Source: an uncultured Alphaproteobacteria bacterium (GTDB lineage Bacteria; Pseudomonadota; Alphaproteobacteria; Rhizobiales; Xanthobacteraceae). Taken from it: a stretch of DNA of 64,000 nucleotides. Positions within the stretch are counted from its first letter, which is position 1; each line of letters starts with the position of its first letter. The stretch spans positions 16,966 to 80,965 of the forward strand of contig CAVOHL010000012.1 in assembly GCA_963695665.1 (NCBI GenBank), read 5' to 3'. Below, in pieces: positions 21,108-31,738 of this stretch. The position numbers were made by a program, and so were the translations under genes. The notes under the pieces were generated by a model that was not told the DNA's origin, ran no database searches, and saw only the letters and a program-made list of their open reading frames with translations.

Positions 21108-22046
21108 GTGGATTTCATGAGCGAAGCGATTACCGGCCAAGGACGTCGAGCGTGCGTGAGCGGCATATGGGCGCGCGTCGCGCCGGTGCTGCGCGGTTTT
21201 GTTCCGCCGCGTTTCCGCGGCGATCGGCCGGTGGTGCCGGTGGTGCGGCTTACCGGCGTGATCGGCTTGTCGACGCCGCTGCGGCCCGGCCTCACGCATG
21301 GCCGGCATCGCGCGCACGCTCGAGCGCGCCTTCGCCGTGCGCAACGCCGCCGCGGTCGCGCTCGTGATCAATTCGCCGGGCGGGTCGCCGGTGCAGTCGC
21401 ACCTGATCTTCCGCCGTATTCGCGAGCTGGCGCAGGAGAAGAAGCGCCGGGTGATCGCCTTCGTGGAGGATGCCGCCGCCTCCGGCGGCTACATGATCGC
21501 CTGCGCCGCCGACGAGATCATCTGCCGACCCCTCTTCGATCGTCGGCTCGATCGGCGTGGTCGGCGGCTCGTTCGGCTTCGACAAGCTGATGGCCAAGAT
21601 CGGCATCGAGCGCCGGCTCTATACCGCCGGCGAGCACAAGGCCATGCTCGATCCGTTCCTGCCCGAGAACGCCGACGATGTCGAACGGCTGAAGCGATTG
21701 CAGCGGGAAATTCACGACGATTTCATCGCCCTGGTGAAATCGCGGCGCGGCGACAAGCTTGCCGGCCCGGAAAATGACTTGTTCTCCGGCGAATATTGGA
21801 CCGGACGGCGCGGGCTCGAGCTCGGCCTGGTCGACGCCATCGGCGATTTGCGCTCCACCTTGCGCGCGCGATTTGGCGATAAAGTGGAGACGCCGCTGAT
21901 CGGCGGCGGAGCGAAGCTTGTTCGGCCGGCGGGTTTCCGGCGTCGGTCGCGGCGAGTTCACGCCGGGAGGTCTTACGGGAGGCCTTGCCGAGGACCTGAT
22001 TTCGGCGCTTGAAGCGCGCGCGCTCTGGGCGCGCTACGGACTTTGA
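21108..22046 (+). CDS. S49 family peptidase (SppA/SohB-like), about 3 frame changes
   Basis: ..VALVINSPGGSPVQSHLIFRRIRELA..VEDAAASGGYMIACAADEI.. / ..SIGVVGGSFGFDKLMAKIGIERRLYTAGEHKAMLDPF.. The C-terminus ..LISALEARALWARYGL ends at TGA 22044-22046. Confidence 0.7.
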
Positions 22047-22252
22047 TGGAGGTCAAGATGCCGGCGGCACTCGCGTTGGCGGTCGGATTGGTCGGCGCGG
22101 CGGCGCTGGTGCGCTGGTGCGTCCGCGAGGTGCAGCGCGTCAATCTCGACCTCGATAATTTGCGCGGCCGCGCGGCGGTCGAGCCGGTCGACCGCGACAC
22201 GCTGCCGACATTGAAGCGCGATCCGGATACCGGGGAGTACCGGCCGGATTGA
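22046..22252 (+). CDS. small membrane-anchored hypothetical protein
   Basis: Intact ORF (track 22043..22252). ATG at 22046 overlaps the upstream stop. One N-terminal hydrophobic segment, no recognisable family. Confidence 0.45.
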   Translation: MEVKMPAALALAVGLVGAAALVRWCVREVQRVNLDLDNLRGRAAVEPVDRDTLPTLKRDPDTGEYRPD

Positions 22253-22273
22253 CGCCTTGCGCGTTCCCGCTCA

Positions 22274-22345
22274 TTCCCGCGCGACGCGGGAATCCAGCCG
22301 ATGTGTAGCGGCGGCTGAAAATTCTCCTCCCCGCTTTCGCGGGGA
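22274..22345. repeat. pair of REP-like GC hairpins
   Basis: TTCCCGCG-cga-CGCGGGAA (22274-22292) and TCCCCGC-tttc-GCGGGGA (22328-22345), intergenic upstream of glyQ. Confidence 0.55.
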
Positions 22346-22398
22346 CGAGCGCGCGGCGACACTTGACCGCAAGCGGGCGTTCCACCAACAACGTCCCA

Positions 22399-23406
22399 AT
22401 GAGCTCCGCGTCCAACGCCGATTTGCCGCCGCACATGCGCCCGGAACGTTCGTTCCAGGGGCTCATTCTGGCGTTGCAGCGTTATTGGGCGGATTGGGGC
22501 TGCGTCATCCTGCAGCCCTACGACATGGAGGTCGGGGCCGGCACCTTCCACCCGGCGACGACCTTGCGCGCGCTCGGGCCGAAGCCATGGAACGCCGCCT
22601 ATGTGCAGCCCTCGCGCCGGCCCAAGGATGGCCGTTACGGCGAGAACCCGAACCGCCTGCAGCATTATTATCAGCTGCAGGTGATCCTCAAGCCGTCGCC
22701 CGACGATCTGCAGGAGCTTTATCTGAAATCGCTCTACGCCATCGGCATCGACCCGAAGCTCCACGACATCCGCTTCGTCGAGGACGACTGGGAGAGCCCG
22801 ACGCTCGGCGCCTGGGGGCTCGGCTGGGAATGCTGGTGCGACGGCATGGAGGTTTCCCAGTTCACCTATTTCCAGCAGGTCGCCGGCTTCGAATGCGCGC
22901 CGGTCTCGGGCGAGCTGACCTACGGGCTCGAGCGGCTCGCCATGTATGTGCAGGGCGTGGAGAACGTCTTCGCGCTCAATTTCAACGGCCGCGAGGGCGC
23001 CGAGCGCGTCAGCTATGGCGACGTGTTCCTGCAGGCGGAGCAGGAATATTCGCGGCACAATTTCGAATATGCCGACACCGACATGCTGTTCGAGCAGTTC
23101 CGCATGGCGGAGGCGGCGTGCCGGAAATATCTCGAAGCCGGCTGGCAGGTTGACGACGACGGACAAAGCAATCGCGGCCGGCATCTGATGGCGCTGCCGG
23201 CCTACGACCAGTGCATCAAGGCGAGCCATGTGTTCAATCTGCTCGACGCCCGCGGGGTGATCTCGGTGACCGAGCGGCAGAGCTATATCCTGCGGGTGCG
23301 CGAACTCGCCAAGGCCTGCGGCGAGGCGTGGCTCGCGACCGAAGGCGGCGGCAAAAGCGCTGCAGCGGGCGGTGAAAACGGATCATTGAAGGGGAAAGCA
23401 ACATGA
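22399..23406 (+). CDS. glyQ: glycine--tRNA ligase subunit alpha
   Basis: Intact. ..[72 protein letters not shown].. is highly characteristic of GlyQ. Confidence 0.95.
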   Translation: MSSASNADLPPHMRPERSFQGLILALQRYWADWGCVILQPYDMEVGAGTFHPATTLRALGPKPWNAAYVQPSRRPKDGRYGENPNRLQHYYQLQVILKPSPDDLQELYLKSLYAIGIDPKLHDIRFVEDDWESPTLGAWGLGWECWCDGMEVSQFTYFQQVAGFECAPVSGELTYGLERLAMYVQGVENVFALNFNGREGAERVSYGDVFLQAEQEYSRHNFEYADTDMLFEQFRMAEAACRKYLEAGWQVDDDGQSNRGRHLMALPAYDQCIKASHVFNLLDARGVISVTERQSYILRVRELAKACGEAWLATEGGGKSAAAGGENGSLKGKAT

Positions 23407-23449
23407 GCGAGATGCCTGAAATCGGCGGCACGGCGGCCGATGCCGGTCA

Positions 23450-23653
23450 ATGTCGAAGGCCGGCAAGAGCTATTGGTGGTGCGCCTGCGGGCGCTCGAAA
23501 TCGCAGCCGTTCTGCGACGGCTCGCACAAGGGCTCCGCCTTCACGCCGGTCGAATACAAGCCGGCGCAGTCCGAGGAAGCCTGGTTCTGCGCCTGCAAGC
23601 GCTCCGCCAAAAAGCCGATGTGCGACGGAAGCCATAAGAAGCTGGAAGCATGA
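23450..23653 (+). CDS. CDGSH iron-sulfur domain protein (two CDGSH motifs)
   Basis: Intact 67-aa ORF with ..SQPFCDGSHKG.. and ..KKPMCDGSHKK.. A longer form may start at ATG 23403, which overlaps the glyQ stop as ATGA. It would read [22 protein letters not shown] only after two frame corrections. Confidence 0.85.
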   Translation: MSKAGKSYWWCACGRSKSQPFCDGSHKGSAFTPVEYKPAQSEEAWFCACKRSAKKPMCDGSHKKLEA

Positions 23654-23660
23654 CGCCATC

Positions 23661-23718
23661 CTTCACCCTCCCCTGGAGGGGGAGGGTCGGCGCGGCGCAG
23701 CCGCGCCGGGGTGGGGTG
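23661..23718. repeat. left inverted arm (double hairpin) flanking the DUF559 gene
   Basis: CTTCACCCTCCCCTGGAGGGGGAGGGTCGGCGCGGCGCAGCCGCGCCGGGGTGGGGTG. The reverse complement of 24155-24210 matches its first 34 nt and last 16 nt exactly. Confidence 0.85.
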
Positions 23719-23740
23719 TTGCTGCGATGGGGCTGATTTC

Positions 23741-24208
23741 ATGGCGAGTAACAGTTTCCCGATTGACCGCTTTCGTCGCGCGAGCGCCCGGCGGCTCCGC
23801 GCTAAAGCCACGGAGACCGAGGTGCTCTTATGGAAGCGCCTTCGCACGATCGAAACGGAAGGAACGCATTTTCGTCGCCAGGTGCCGATCGGGCCCTATG
23901 TCGCCGATTTTGCCTGCCTGGCTGCACGCCTCGTCATCGAGCTTGACGGCTCGCAGCACAATACCGAGCGGCGCAAAGTAAAAGATCAAGTGCGCACCCG
24001 TTGGCTCGAATCGGAGGGTTACCGGGTCATCCGCTTTTGGAACAGCGACCTCGCGCATAACATTGATGGCGTCTTAGAGACGGTGTACGCGGCGCTCTAC
24101 GGTTCACGCGACGCCGAGCCGCGGCCTCTGAAGCACAGGCGGCATCGGCGCCGTCACCCCACCCCGGCGCGCGAAGCGCGCCGACCCTCCCCCTCCAGGG
24201 GAGGGTGA
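23741..24208 (+). CDS. DUF559 endonuclease-domain protein (Vsr-like fold)
   Basis: Intact. ..[66 protein letters not shown].. The C-terminal ~20 codons read into the right repeat arm. Confidence 0.8.
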   Translation: MASNSFPIDRFRRASARRLRAKATETEVLLWKRLRTIETEGTHFRRQVPIGPYVADFACLAARLVIELDGSQHNTERRKVKDQVRTRWLESEGYRVIRFWNSDLAHNIDGVLETVYAALYGSRDAEPRPLKHRRHRRRHPTPAREARRPSPSRGG

Positions 24209-24210
24209 AG
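24155..24210. repeat. right inverted arm (double hairpin) flanking the DUF559 gene
   Basis: CACCCCACCCCGGCGCGCGAAGCGCGCCGACCCTCCCCCTCCAGGGGAGGGTGAAG, the inverted copy of 23661-23718. Only the loop of the inner hairpin differs. Confidence 0.85.
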
Positions 24211-24231
24211 AATTGCCATAGTGCAACATCG

Positions 24232-26401
24232 ATGCCCGACCTCCTGCTCGAACTCTTCTCCGAGGAAATCCCCGCCCGCATGCAGGCGCGGGCGGCGGAG
24301 GATTTGCGCAAGCTGGTGACCGACCGGCTGGTCGACGCCGGCCTCGTCTATGAAGGGGCGAAGGCGTTCGTCACGCCGCGGCGGCTTGCGCTCGCGGTGC
24401 ACGGCGTGCCGGTGCGGCAGGCGGATTTGCGCGAGGAGAAGAAGGGCCCGCGCGTCGGCGCGCCGGAGAACGCGATCGCCGGATTCCTCAAGGCCGCCGG
24501 GCTGAAATCGATCAAAGACGCCAAGGTGCAGCCGGACAAGAAGGGCGACTTCTACGTCGCGGTGATCGAGCGGCCGGGCCGTCGCGGCGATCGAGGTGAT
24601 CGGATGTGGTGATGGCCGACGTTGTTGAGCTTTCCTTGGCCGAAGTCGATGCGCTGGGGGAAGCGCTCGGAGATGCCAGGATCACTCACCTGGGTGCGGC
24701 CGCTGCATTCGATCGTCGCCACGTTCGGACCGGAGACGGAAGAGCCGGACGTAGTCCAATTTGAGATCGATGGCATCACCGTCGGGCAACGAGACCCGCG
24801 GCCACCGTTTCATGGCGCCGGCACCGTTCAAGGTGCGCCGGCTCGATGACTACATGGCCAAGCTCGACAAGGCCAAGGTGGTGCTCGATCCGCAGCGGCG
24901 GCGCGACATCATCCTCACCGAGGCGAAGCAGCTTGCTTTCGCGCAAGGGCTCGAACTGATCGAGGACGAGGGCCTCCTCGCCGAAGTCGCCGGCCTGGTC
25001 GAGTGGCCGGTGGTGCTGATGGGTTCGTTCGATCCGGGCTTTTTGCGCATCCCCGAGGAGGTGATCCGCGCCACCATCCGCACCAACCTGAAATGCTTCG
25101 TGCTGCGCGACGCGGCGCACGCCAAGCTGGTCGACAAGTTCATCCTCGTTGCCAACATCGAGGCGGCTGACGGCGGCAAGACGATCGTCGCCGGCAATGA
25201 GCGCGTGATCCGCGCGCGGCTGTCGGACGCGAAGTTCTTCTACGAGACCGATTTGAAGACGCGGCTGGAAGACCGGCTGCCGAAGTTCAAGCACATCGTG
25301 TTCCACGAGAAGCTCGGCACGCAGGCGGAGCGCATCGAGCGCATCGAACGGCTCGCCGCCGAGCTTGCGCCACTGGTCGGCGCCGACGTGAAGAAGGCGA
25401 AGCGCGCGGCGCGGCTGTGCAAGGCGGATTTGCTCACCGAAGTCGTCGGCGAATTTCCCGAGCTGCAGGGCCTGATGGGCAGATATTACGCGGAGGAGCA
25501 GGGCGAGGACGAAGCCGTCGCCCACGCCTGCGAGGATCACTACAAGCCGAAAGGGCCGGACGATCTCGTGCCCAGCCGATCCGGTTTCGGTCGCAGTCGC
25601 GCTCGCGGACAAGATCGATACGCTGGTCGGTTTCTGGGCGATTGATGAGAAGCCGACGGGGAGCAAGGATCCTTACGCTTTGCGAAGAGCGGCGCTGGGA
25701 GTGATCCGCATCATTCTGGATAATAAAATCCGCCTGCGCTTGATTCCGGTATTCGCCAATCATCGACCGCGTCATTGCTGGGCTTGACCCGGCAATCCAT
25801 GCAGCCGCGTCGCGTGAACAGACAGATAAGATGGATCAGCCGGGTCAAGCCCGGTGAGGACGGCAGAGAACTCGAGCGACCTTCTTGTCCTTCTTCGCCG
25901 ACCGCCTGAAAGTCCAGCTCCGCGAGCAAGGCGCGCGGCACGATCTCGTCGATGCGGTGTTCGCGCTCGAAGGGCCAGGACGATCTCCTCCTCATCGTCC
26001 GCCGCGTCGAGGCGTTGGGAAAATTCCTCGACACCGAGGACGGCAAGAACCTGCTCGCCGGCTACAAGCGCGCGACCAACATCATCCGCATCGAGGAGAA
26101 GAAGGACGGCCGCGAATATACCGGCGCGCCCGAGCCGAAGCTTTACCAGCAGGCCGAGGAGAAGGCGCTGGCGAACGCGATCGATGCCGCCAAGACCGAG
26201 GCGACGCGCGCGGTCGCGAATGAGGATTTCGAAGCCGCCATGCGCGCCATGGCGAAGCTGCGGCCGCATGTCGACGCCTTCTTCGACAAGGTGACGGTCA
26301 ACGTCGACGACAAGCCGCTGCGCGAGAATCGGCTGAAACTGCTCAACGAAATCCGCGCCGCGACGCGCGCCGTGGCCGATTTCTCCCGGATCGAGGGATG
26401 A
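24232..26401 (+). CDS. glyS: glycine--tRNA ligase subunit beta (at least 6 frame changes; interrupted by a palindromic element at 25769-25863)
   Basis: [18 protein letters not shown].. / ..[22 protein letters not shown].. / ..[33 protein letters not shown].. / ..[31 protein letters not shown].. / ..[28 protein letters not shown].. / ..[26 protein letters not shown].. Confidence 0.9.
25769..25863. repeat. ~95-bp palindromic REP/MITE-like element inside glyS
   Basis: The reverse complement of the left arm (ATGGATTGCCGGGTCAAGCCCAGCAATGAC) matches the right arm ATGGATCAGCCGGGTCAAGCCCGGTGAGGAC at ATGGAT and at the 13-nt core CCGGGTCAAGCCC. The minus strand reads [10 protein letters not shown]. 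Confidence 0.75.
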
Positions 26402-26473
26402 CGCTCTGGAAGGCCGAGCGGATTTCCCTGCAACGCGCTTTTGCTCCTCAGCCGGCGACGTTAAACTCGGCGC

Positions 26474-26915
26474 ATGGACACCCTTGAAATCGCGCTCCGG
26501 CTCGGCCTGGCGACGCTCGTCGGCGCGGCGCTCGGGCTCAACCGCGAAATCCACGGCAAGCCCACGGGCGTGCGCACGCTGGGCCTCGTCGGGCTCGGCT
26601 CGGCGCTCGCGGTGATGGCGGCTGCCGCCACCGGCGGACATCGCGGCGCCGAGCCGCGTGATGCAGGGCATCGTCACCGGCATCGGCTTTCTCGGCGCCG
26701 GCGTGATCTTGCGGCCGGCCGAGAAAGGTCGCGTGCACGGGCTGACCACGGCGGCCTGCACCTGGCTCACCGCCGCGTTCGGCGTCGCCTGCGCGGTCAG
26801 CGAATGGCGCTTCGTCCTCGTCGGCGTGGTGCTTGCTTTTGCCGTGCTCCTGCTCGGCGGCCGGTTCGAGAAAATGGTGGAGCGTTGGTCGGGCGATGCA
26901 GCGCCCGGGCCTTGA
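26474..26915 (+). CDS. MgtC/SapB family membrane protein (one frame change near 26640)
   Basis: MDTLEIALRLGLATLVGAALGLNREIHGKPTGVRTLGLVGLGSAL.. joins ..VMQGIVTGIGFLGAGVILRP..GLTTAACTWLTAAFGVACA.. Confidence 0.75.
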
Positions 26916-27048
26916 GGCTGCGGCCGGTTCCCAAATTTGCCGAACGTGGTAGAACGAAAGGGCGGGCTGCGCGTTAGCGAGTTGATTGGTTCCTGCGCTG
27001 CGCCCGCCGCGTCTGCCCTTGCGAATTTCAGCAAAACCAGGAAAAGCC

Positions 27049-27211
27049 ATGGTTATCACCGCCGCCCACATCACTCCGGTTGTCGCCCTCATTGCCGGCA
27101 TATCTGATTCTGATCATGCCGCGGCTGCTGAACTACATCGTCGCCATCTATCTGATTTTCGTCGGCCTGGTCGGGCTCAACAGCGTGCATCATTTCATCA
27201 ACTGGCATTGA
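27049..27211 (+). CDS. DUF3096-like small membrane protein (one frame change near 27105)
   Basis: [17 protein letters not shown].. followed in a shifted frame by ..[35 protein letters not shown]. Confidence 0.55.
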
Positions 27212-27263
27212 TCGTCGCGCCGGGCGGTACGCGTCCAAATCCGGAATGCTGGAACGAGTACAT

Positions 27264-30089
27264 ATGGCCAAATCGCGCTCAAAAATTTCGCGCCAGGCGG
27301 TGAAAAGATCGGCGAGCGGCAAGACGCGCGCGCAAAGCCGCAAGCAATCGCGGCCGGCCCAGTCCCGCGGCAAAACCGCGGCACCGGCGAAAACCGCGGC
27401 GAAGGGCAAATGGGTCTACGCCTTCGGCGGCGGCAAGGCGGAGGGCCGCGCCGGCATGCGCAACCTTCTCGGCGGCAAGGGCGCCGGCCTCGCCGAGATG
27501 GCGAATCTCGGCCTGCCGGTGCCGCCCGGCTTCACCATCACCACCGAGGTCTGCACGTATTTCTACGGCACGGCAAGACCTATCCGAAGGATCTGCAAGC
27601 CGCAGGTCGAAGCCGCGCTCGCCGAGATCGGCCGCATCACCGGCAAGACATTCGGCGACGGCGAGAACCCGCTGCTCGTCTCGGTGCGCTCGGGCGCGCG
27701 CGCCTCGATGCCGGGCATGATGGACACGGTGCTCAATCTCGGCCTCAACGACGCGACGGTCGCGGCGCTCGCCGAGAAATCGGGCGACCGGCGCTTCGCC
27801 TATGACAGCTACCGGCGCTTCATCACCATGTATGCCGACGTGGTGCTCGGCATCGGCCACCGACCATTTCGAGGAAATCCTCGACGAGCACAAGGACCGC
27901 AACGGCTACACGCTCGACACCGATCTCGACGCCGACGACTGGCAGCGAGCTCGTCGGGCGCTACAAGCAGCGCGTCGAGGAGGAGACCGGCAAGCCGTTC
28001 CCGCAGGACCCGCACGCGCAGTTGTGGGGCGCGATCGGCGCGGTGTTCGGCTCGTGGATGAACCAGCGCGCCATCACCTATCGCCGCCTGCACGACATCC
28101 CGGAGAGCTGGGGCACCGCGGTCAACGTGCAGGCCATGGTGTTCGGCAATATGGGCGAGACCTCGGCGACCGGCGTCGCCTTCACCCGCAATCCCTCGAC
28201 CGGCGAGAAGAAGCTCTACGGCGAGTTCCTGATCAACGCGCAGGGCGAGGACGTGGTCGCCGGCATCCGCACGCCGCAGGAGATCACCGAAGCAGCGCGC
28301 AAGGAGGCGGGCTCCGACAAGCCGTCGATGGAGGCGGCGCTGCCGCGGGCCTTCGCCGAGCTCAAGCGCATCCATGCGCGCGCTCGAGCAGCACTACCGC
28401 GACATGCAGGACCTCGAGTTCACCGTCGAGCAGGGCAAGCTCTGGATGCTGCAGACGCGCAGCGGCAAGCGCACCGCCAAGGCGGCGCTGCGCATCGCGG
28501 TCGAGCTGGCGCAGGAGAAGCTGATCAGCCGGGACGAGGCGGTGATGCGCGTCGATCCCGCCGCGCTCGACCAGCTCCTGCATCCGACCATCGATCCCGA
28601 CGCCGAGCGCAAGATGATCGCCACCGGCCTGCCGGCCTCGCCGGGCGCGGCCTCCGGCGAGATCGTGTTCTCCGCCGACGAGGCCGAGCTCGCTCAAGAG
28701 CCAAGGCCGCAAGGTCATCCTGGTGCGCGTCGAGACCTCGCCCGAGGACATCCACGGCATGCACGCCGCCGAAGGCATCCTGACCACGCGCGGCGGCATG
28801 ACCTCGCACGCGGCGGTGGTCGCGCGCGGCATGGGCAAGCCCTGCGTCTCCGGCGCCGGCGCGCTGCGCGTCGATTACCGGCGCGCAGACCATGACGCGC
28901 CGGCGGCACGACGCTGAAGAAGGGCGACATCATCACCATCGACGGCTCGACCGGCCAGGTGCTCGCCGGCAAGGTGCCGATGCGTCGAGCCGGCGCTCTC
29001 CGGCGAATTCGCCACGCTGATGAACTGGGCCGACGCGGCGCGCAAGCTGAAGGTGCGCGCCAATGCCGACACGCCGGCCGACGCGCGCGCCGCGCGTCAG
29101 GTTCGGCGCCGAAGGCATCGGGCTCTGCCGCACCGAGCACATGTTCTTCGACGAGGACCGCATCCGCGCCGTGCGCGAGATGATCCTGGCCGACGACGAG
29201 AAGGCCGCGCCGCGCCGCGCTCGCCAAGCTGCTGCCGATGCAGCGCGCCGACTTCGTCGAGCTGTTCAAGATCATGGACGGCCTGCCGGTGACGATCCGG
29301 CTGCTCGATCCGCCGCTGCACGAGTTCCTGCCGCACACGCGAGGAGGAGATCGCCGAAGTGGCGCAGGCGATGGGCGCCGATCCGAAGAAGCTCGCCGAC
29401 CGCGCGCGCGAGCTGCACGAATTCAACCCGATGCTCGGCTTCCGCGGCTGCCGCCTCGCCATCGCCTATCCGGAGATCGCCGAGATGCAGGCGCGCGCCA
29501 TCTTCGAGGCCGCGGTCGAGGCCGGCACGCGCGACCGGCAAGCCGGTCGCGCCGGAGATCATGGTGCCGCTGATCGCCAGCAAGACGGAGCTCGATCTGG
29601 TCAAGGAGCGCATCGACGCCATGGCGGAGACGGTCGCCGCCGAGACCAGGCGCAAGATCAACTATCAGGTCGGCACCATGATCGAGCTGCCGCGCGCCGC
29701 GCTGCTGGCCGGCGAGATCGCCGAGACCGCGGAGTTCTTCTCCTTCGGCACCAACGATCTGACCCAGACCACGTTCGGCATCAGCCGCGACGACGCCGCG
29801 AGCTTTCTCGGCATCTACACGGCGAAGGGCATTCTGCCGGCCGATCCGTTCGTCTCGATCGACCGCGACGGCGTCGGCGAGCTGGTGCGCATCGCCGCCG
29901 AGCGCGGCCGCAAGGTGCGGCCGCAAGCTCAAGCTCGGCATCTGCGGCGAGCATGGCGGCGATCCCGCCTCGGTCGCCTTCTGCCACGAGATCGGGCTCG
30001 ACTACGTGTCCTGCTCGCCGTTCCGCGTGCCGATCGCGCGGCTCGCCGCCGCGCAGGCGGCGCTCGGCAAGGATGCGGCGACGGAGTAG
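27264..30089 (+). CDS. ppdK: pyruvate, phosphate dikinase (about 9 frame changes)
   Basis: ..[47 protein letters not shown].. / ..[28 protein letters not shown].. / ..[19 protein letters not shown].. / ..[26 protein letters not shown].. / ..[42 protein letters not shown].. Ends at TAG 30087-30089. Confidence 0.9.
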
Positions 30090-30115
30090 CGATTTCAGCC
30101 CTGAGCGCAGGTAGG

Positions 30116-31467
30116 CTACGCCGCGACGCTGGCGAGGAATTCCTCGACCTGCCGCGCAGATCGGCGACCGCGGTCTCCACCGACTGCGAGCGTGTCGAGC
30201 ACGACGTCGGCCGACATGCGCGTCTGCGTGGCGGCGCCGGCGACGTCGCTGAGCACCGCGGCGACGGTCTGCGTCGCCTGCGCGGCGGTGGCGACGTTGT
30301 GGCGAAATGTTGCCGGTCGCCGCGTTCTGCTGCTCGACCGCGGCCGCGACGCGCCGAGGTGTAGTGCTCGATTTCCTGCATGCGCTGGGTGATGCGGCGG
30401 ATCGATTCGACCGCGCTCGTGGTCGAGCCCTGCACCGCGAGGATCTGCCCGACGATCGCCTCGGTGGCCTTGGCCGGTCTGCACCGCGAGCGATTTGACT
30501 TCGGAGGCGACCACGGCGAAGCCGCGGCCCGCTTCGCCGGCGCGCGCGGCTTCGATGGTGGCGTTGAGCGCCAGCAGATTGGTCTGCCCGGCGATGGTCT
30601 GGATCAGCTTGACGATGTCGCCGATCTTCTGCGCGCGTCGCGGCAGCGTCGTCATCTCGCCGTCGGTCGACTGCGCTTCGTCGACCGCCATGCGCACGAC
30701 GCTGTTGGTCTGCTCGATCTGGCGGGCGATCTCGGCGATCGAGTTCGACAATTCGTCGGCGGCGACCGCCGCGGTGTTGACCCCGGTCGAGGCTTCGTTC
30801 GATGCCTCGACCGCGCTTTCGGCGCGTTGCGAGGTGTGGTTGGACGCGGCCGAAAGCGTGACCGCGGTCGACTTCATCGCGGCCGCGCTGTCGCCGAAGG
30901 TCTTGAGCAGCGTCTCCATCTGGGTGCGGAAGATGGCGATCGACCGCGTCGACGCGCGCGCCGGCGTCTTTTGCTGCTCGGCCATGTCGTCGCGCTGCTT
31001 CTGCAGCTTTGCGCCGCTCGGTGATGTCCTCGTGGGTCGCCACCCAGCCGCCATCGGGCATCGGCTCGTTGATGGCATGCACGATGCGGCCGTCGCCGAC
31101 GTCGATCGACCATTTCGAGGTCTTTCCGGTGGCGACGCTGTCCAGGATTTGCTTGCAATAGGCTTCGGTATCGCCGGTGAACAGCCCGGTCTGCTTGCGG
31201 TGCTCGATCAGCCCGCGCAGCGTGCAGCCCGGCTTCACGACCTGCGGCGAAAGCTTGTACATGTCCAGATATTGCCGATTGCAGACGACGATGCGCGCCG
31301 ACTTGTCGAACATGCACAAGCCCTGCGACATGTGGTTGAGCGCGTCGGTGACGTGCCGGATCTTTGCCTGCAGGCGCCGCGCCGCGAAGCCGCCGGCGAG
31401 CAAGCAGCGCCAGGATGAGGCCGGCCGACTGCCAGGCCGGCAAGGACCAAGAGAGCATGTCGTGCAT
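30116..31467 (-). CDS. methyl-accepting chemotaxis protein with N-terminal TM and PAS-like sensor (about 3 frame changes)
   Basis: ..[42 protein letters not shown].. (PAS-like), then the signalling domain ..[37 protein letters not shown].. Confidence 0.8.
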
Positions 31468-31513
31468 TCGCGTCGCGCTGCCGGGGTGCGCAAGCAGTAT
31501 TCAGCGGTGCGCA

Positions 31514-31539
31514 TTGCCGTTTGGTTAATGAAATGGCAA
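31514..31539. repeat. imperfect 26-bp palindrome upstream of the MCP gene (candidate operator)
   Basis: TTGCCGTTTGGTTAATGAAATGGCAA is symmetric about the central TTAA (10 of 13 arm positions complementary). Lies 47-72 nt upstream of the MCP start codon. Confidence 0.3.
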
Positions 31540-31738
31540 CGCCCGTCTGCGGCAGCGCTATCGCGGGCTCTCGATTGCTTCGACGCGCGCGCAAAGTCGC
31601 AAACGGAAAAGCCGCCGCAGCGGCGATTAACGCGTTCGCAACGTTAATCCGACAATAGATGAAACTGTCGCATTCGCGCCACTGCGGCCGCGTTTGCTGC
31701 ACTGGGGATGCGTCGCGTCGGTTGCGAATGCGTGAGGG

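Noticed and set aside
31530-31552. A sigma54-like TGGCA...TGC motif and CtrA-box-like TTAA pairs in the MCP/SleB intergenic region.
   Set aside because: The GG-to-GC spacing is about two nt too long for a -24/-12 promoter. The TTAA pairs are spaced 9-13 nt apart rather than the N7 of CtrA boxes.
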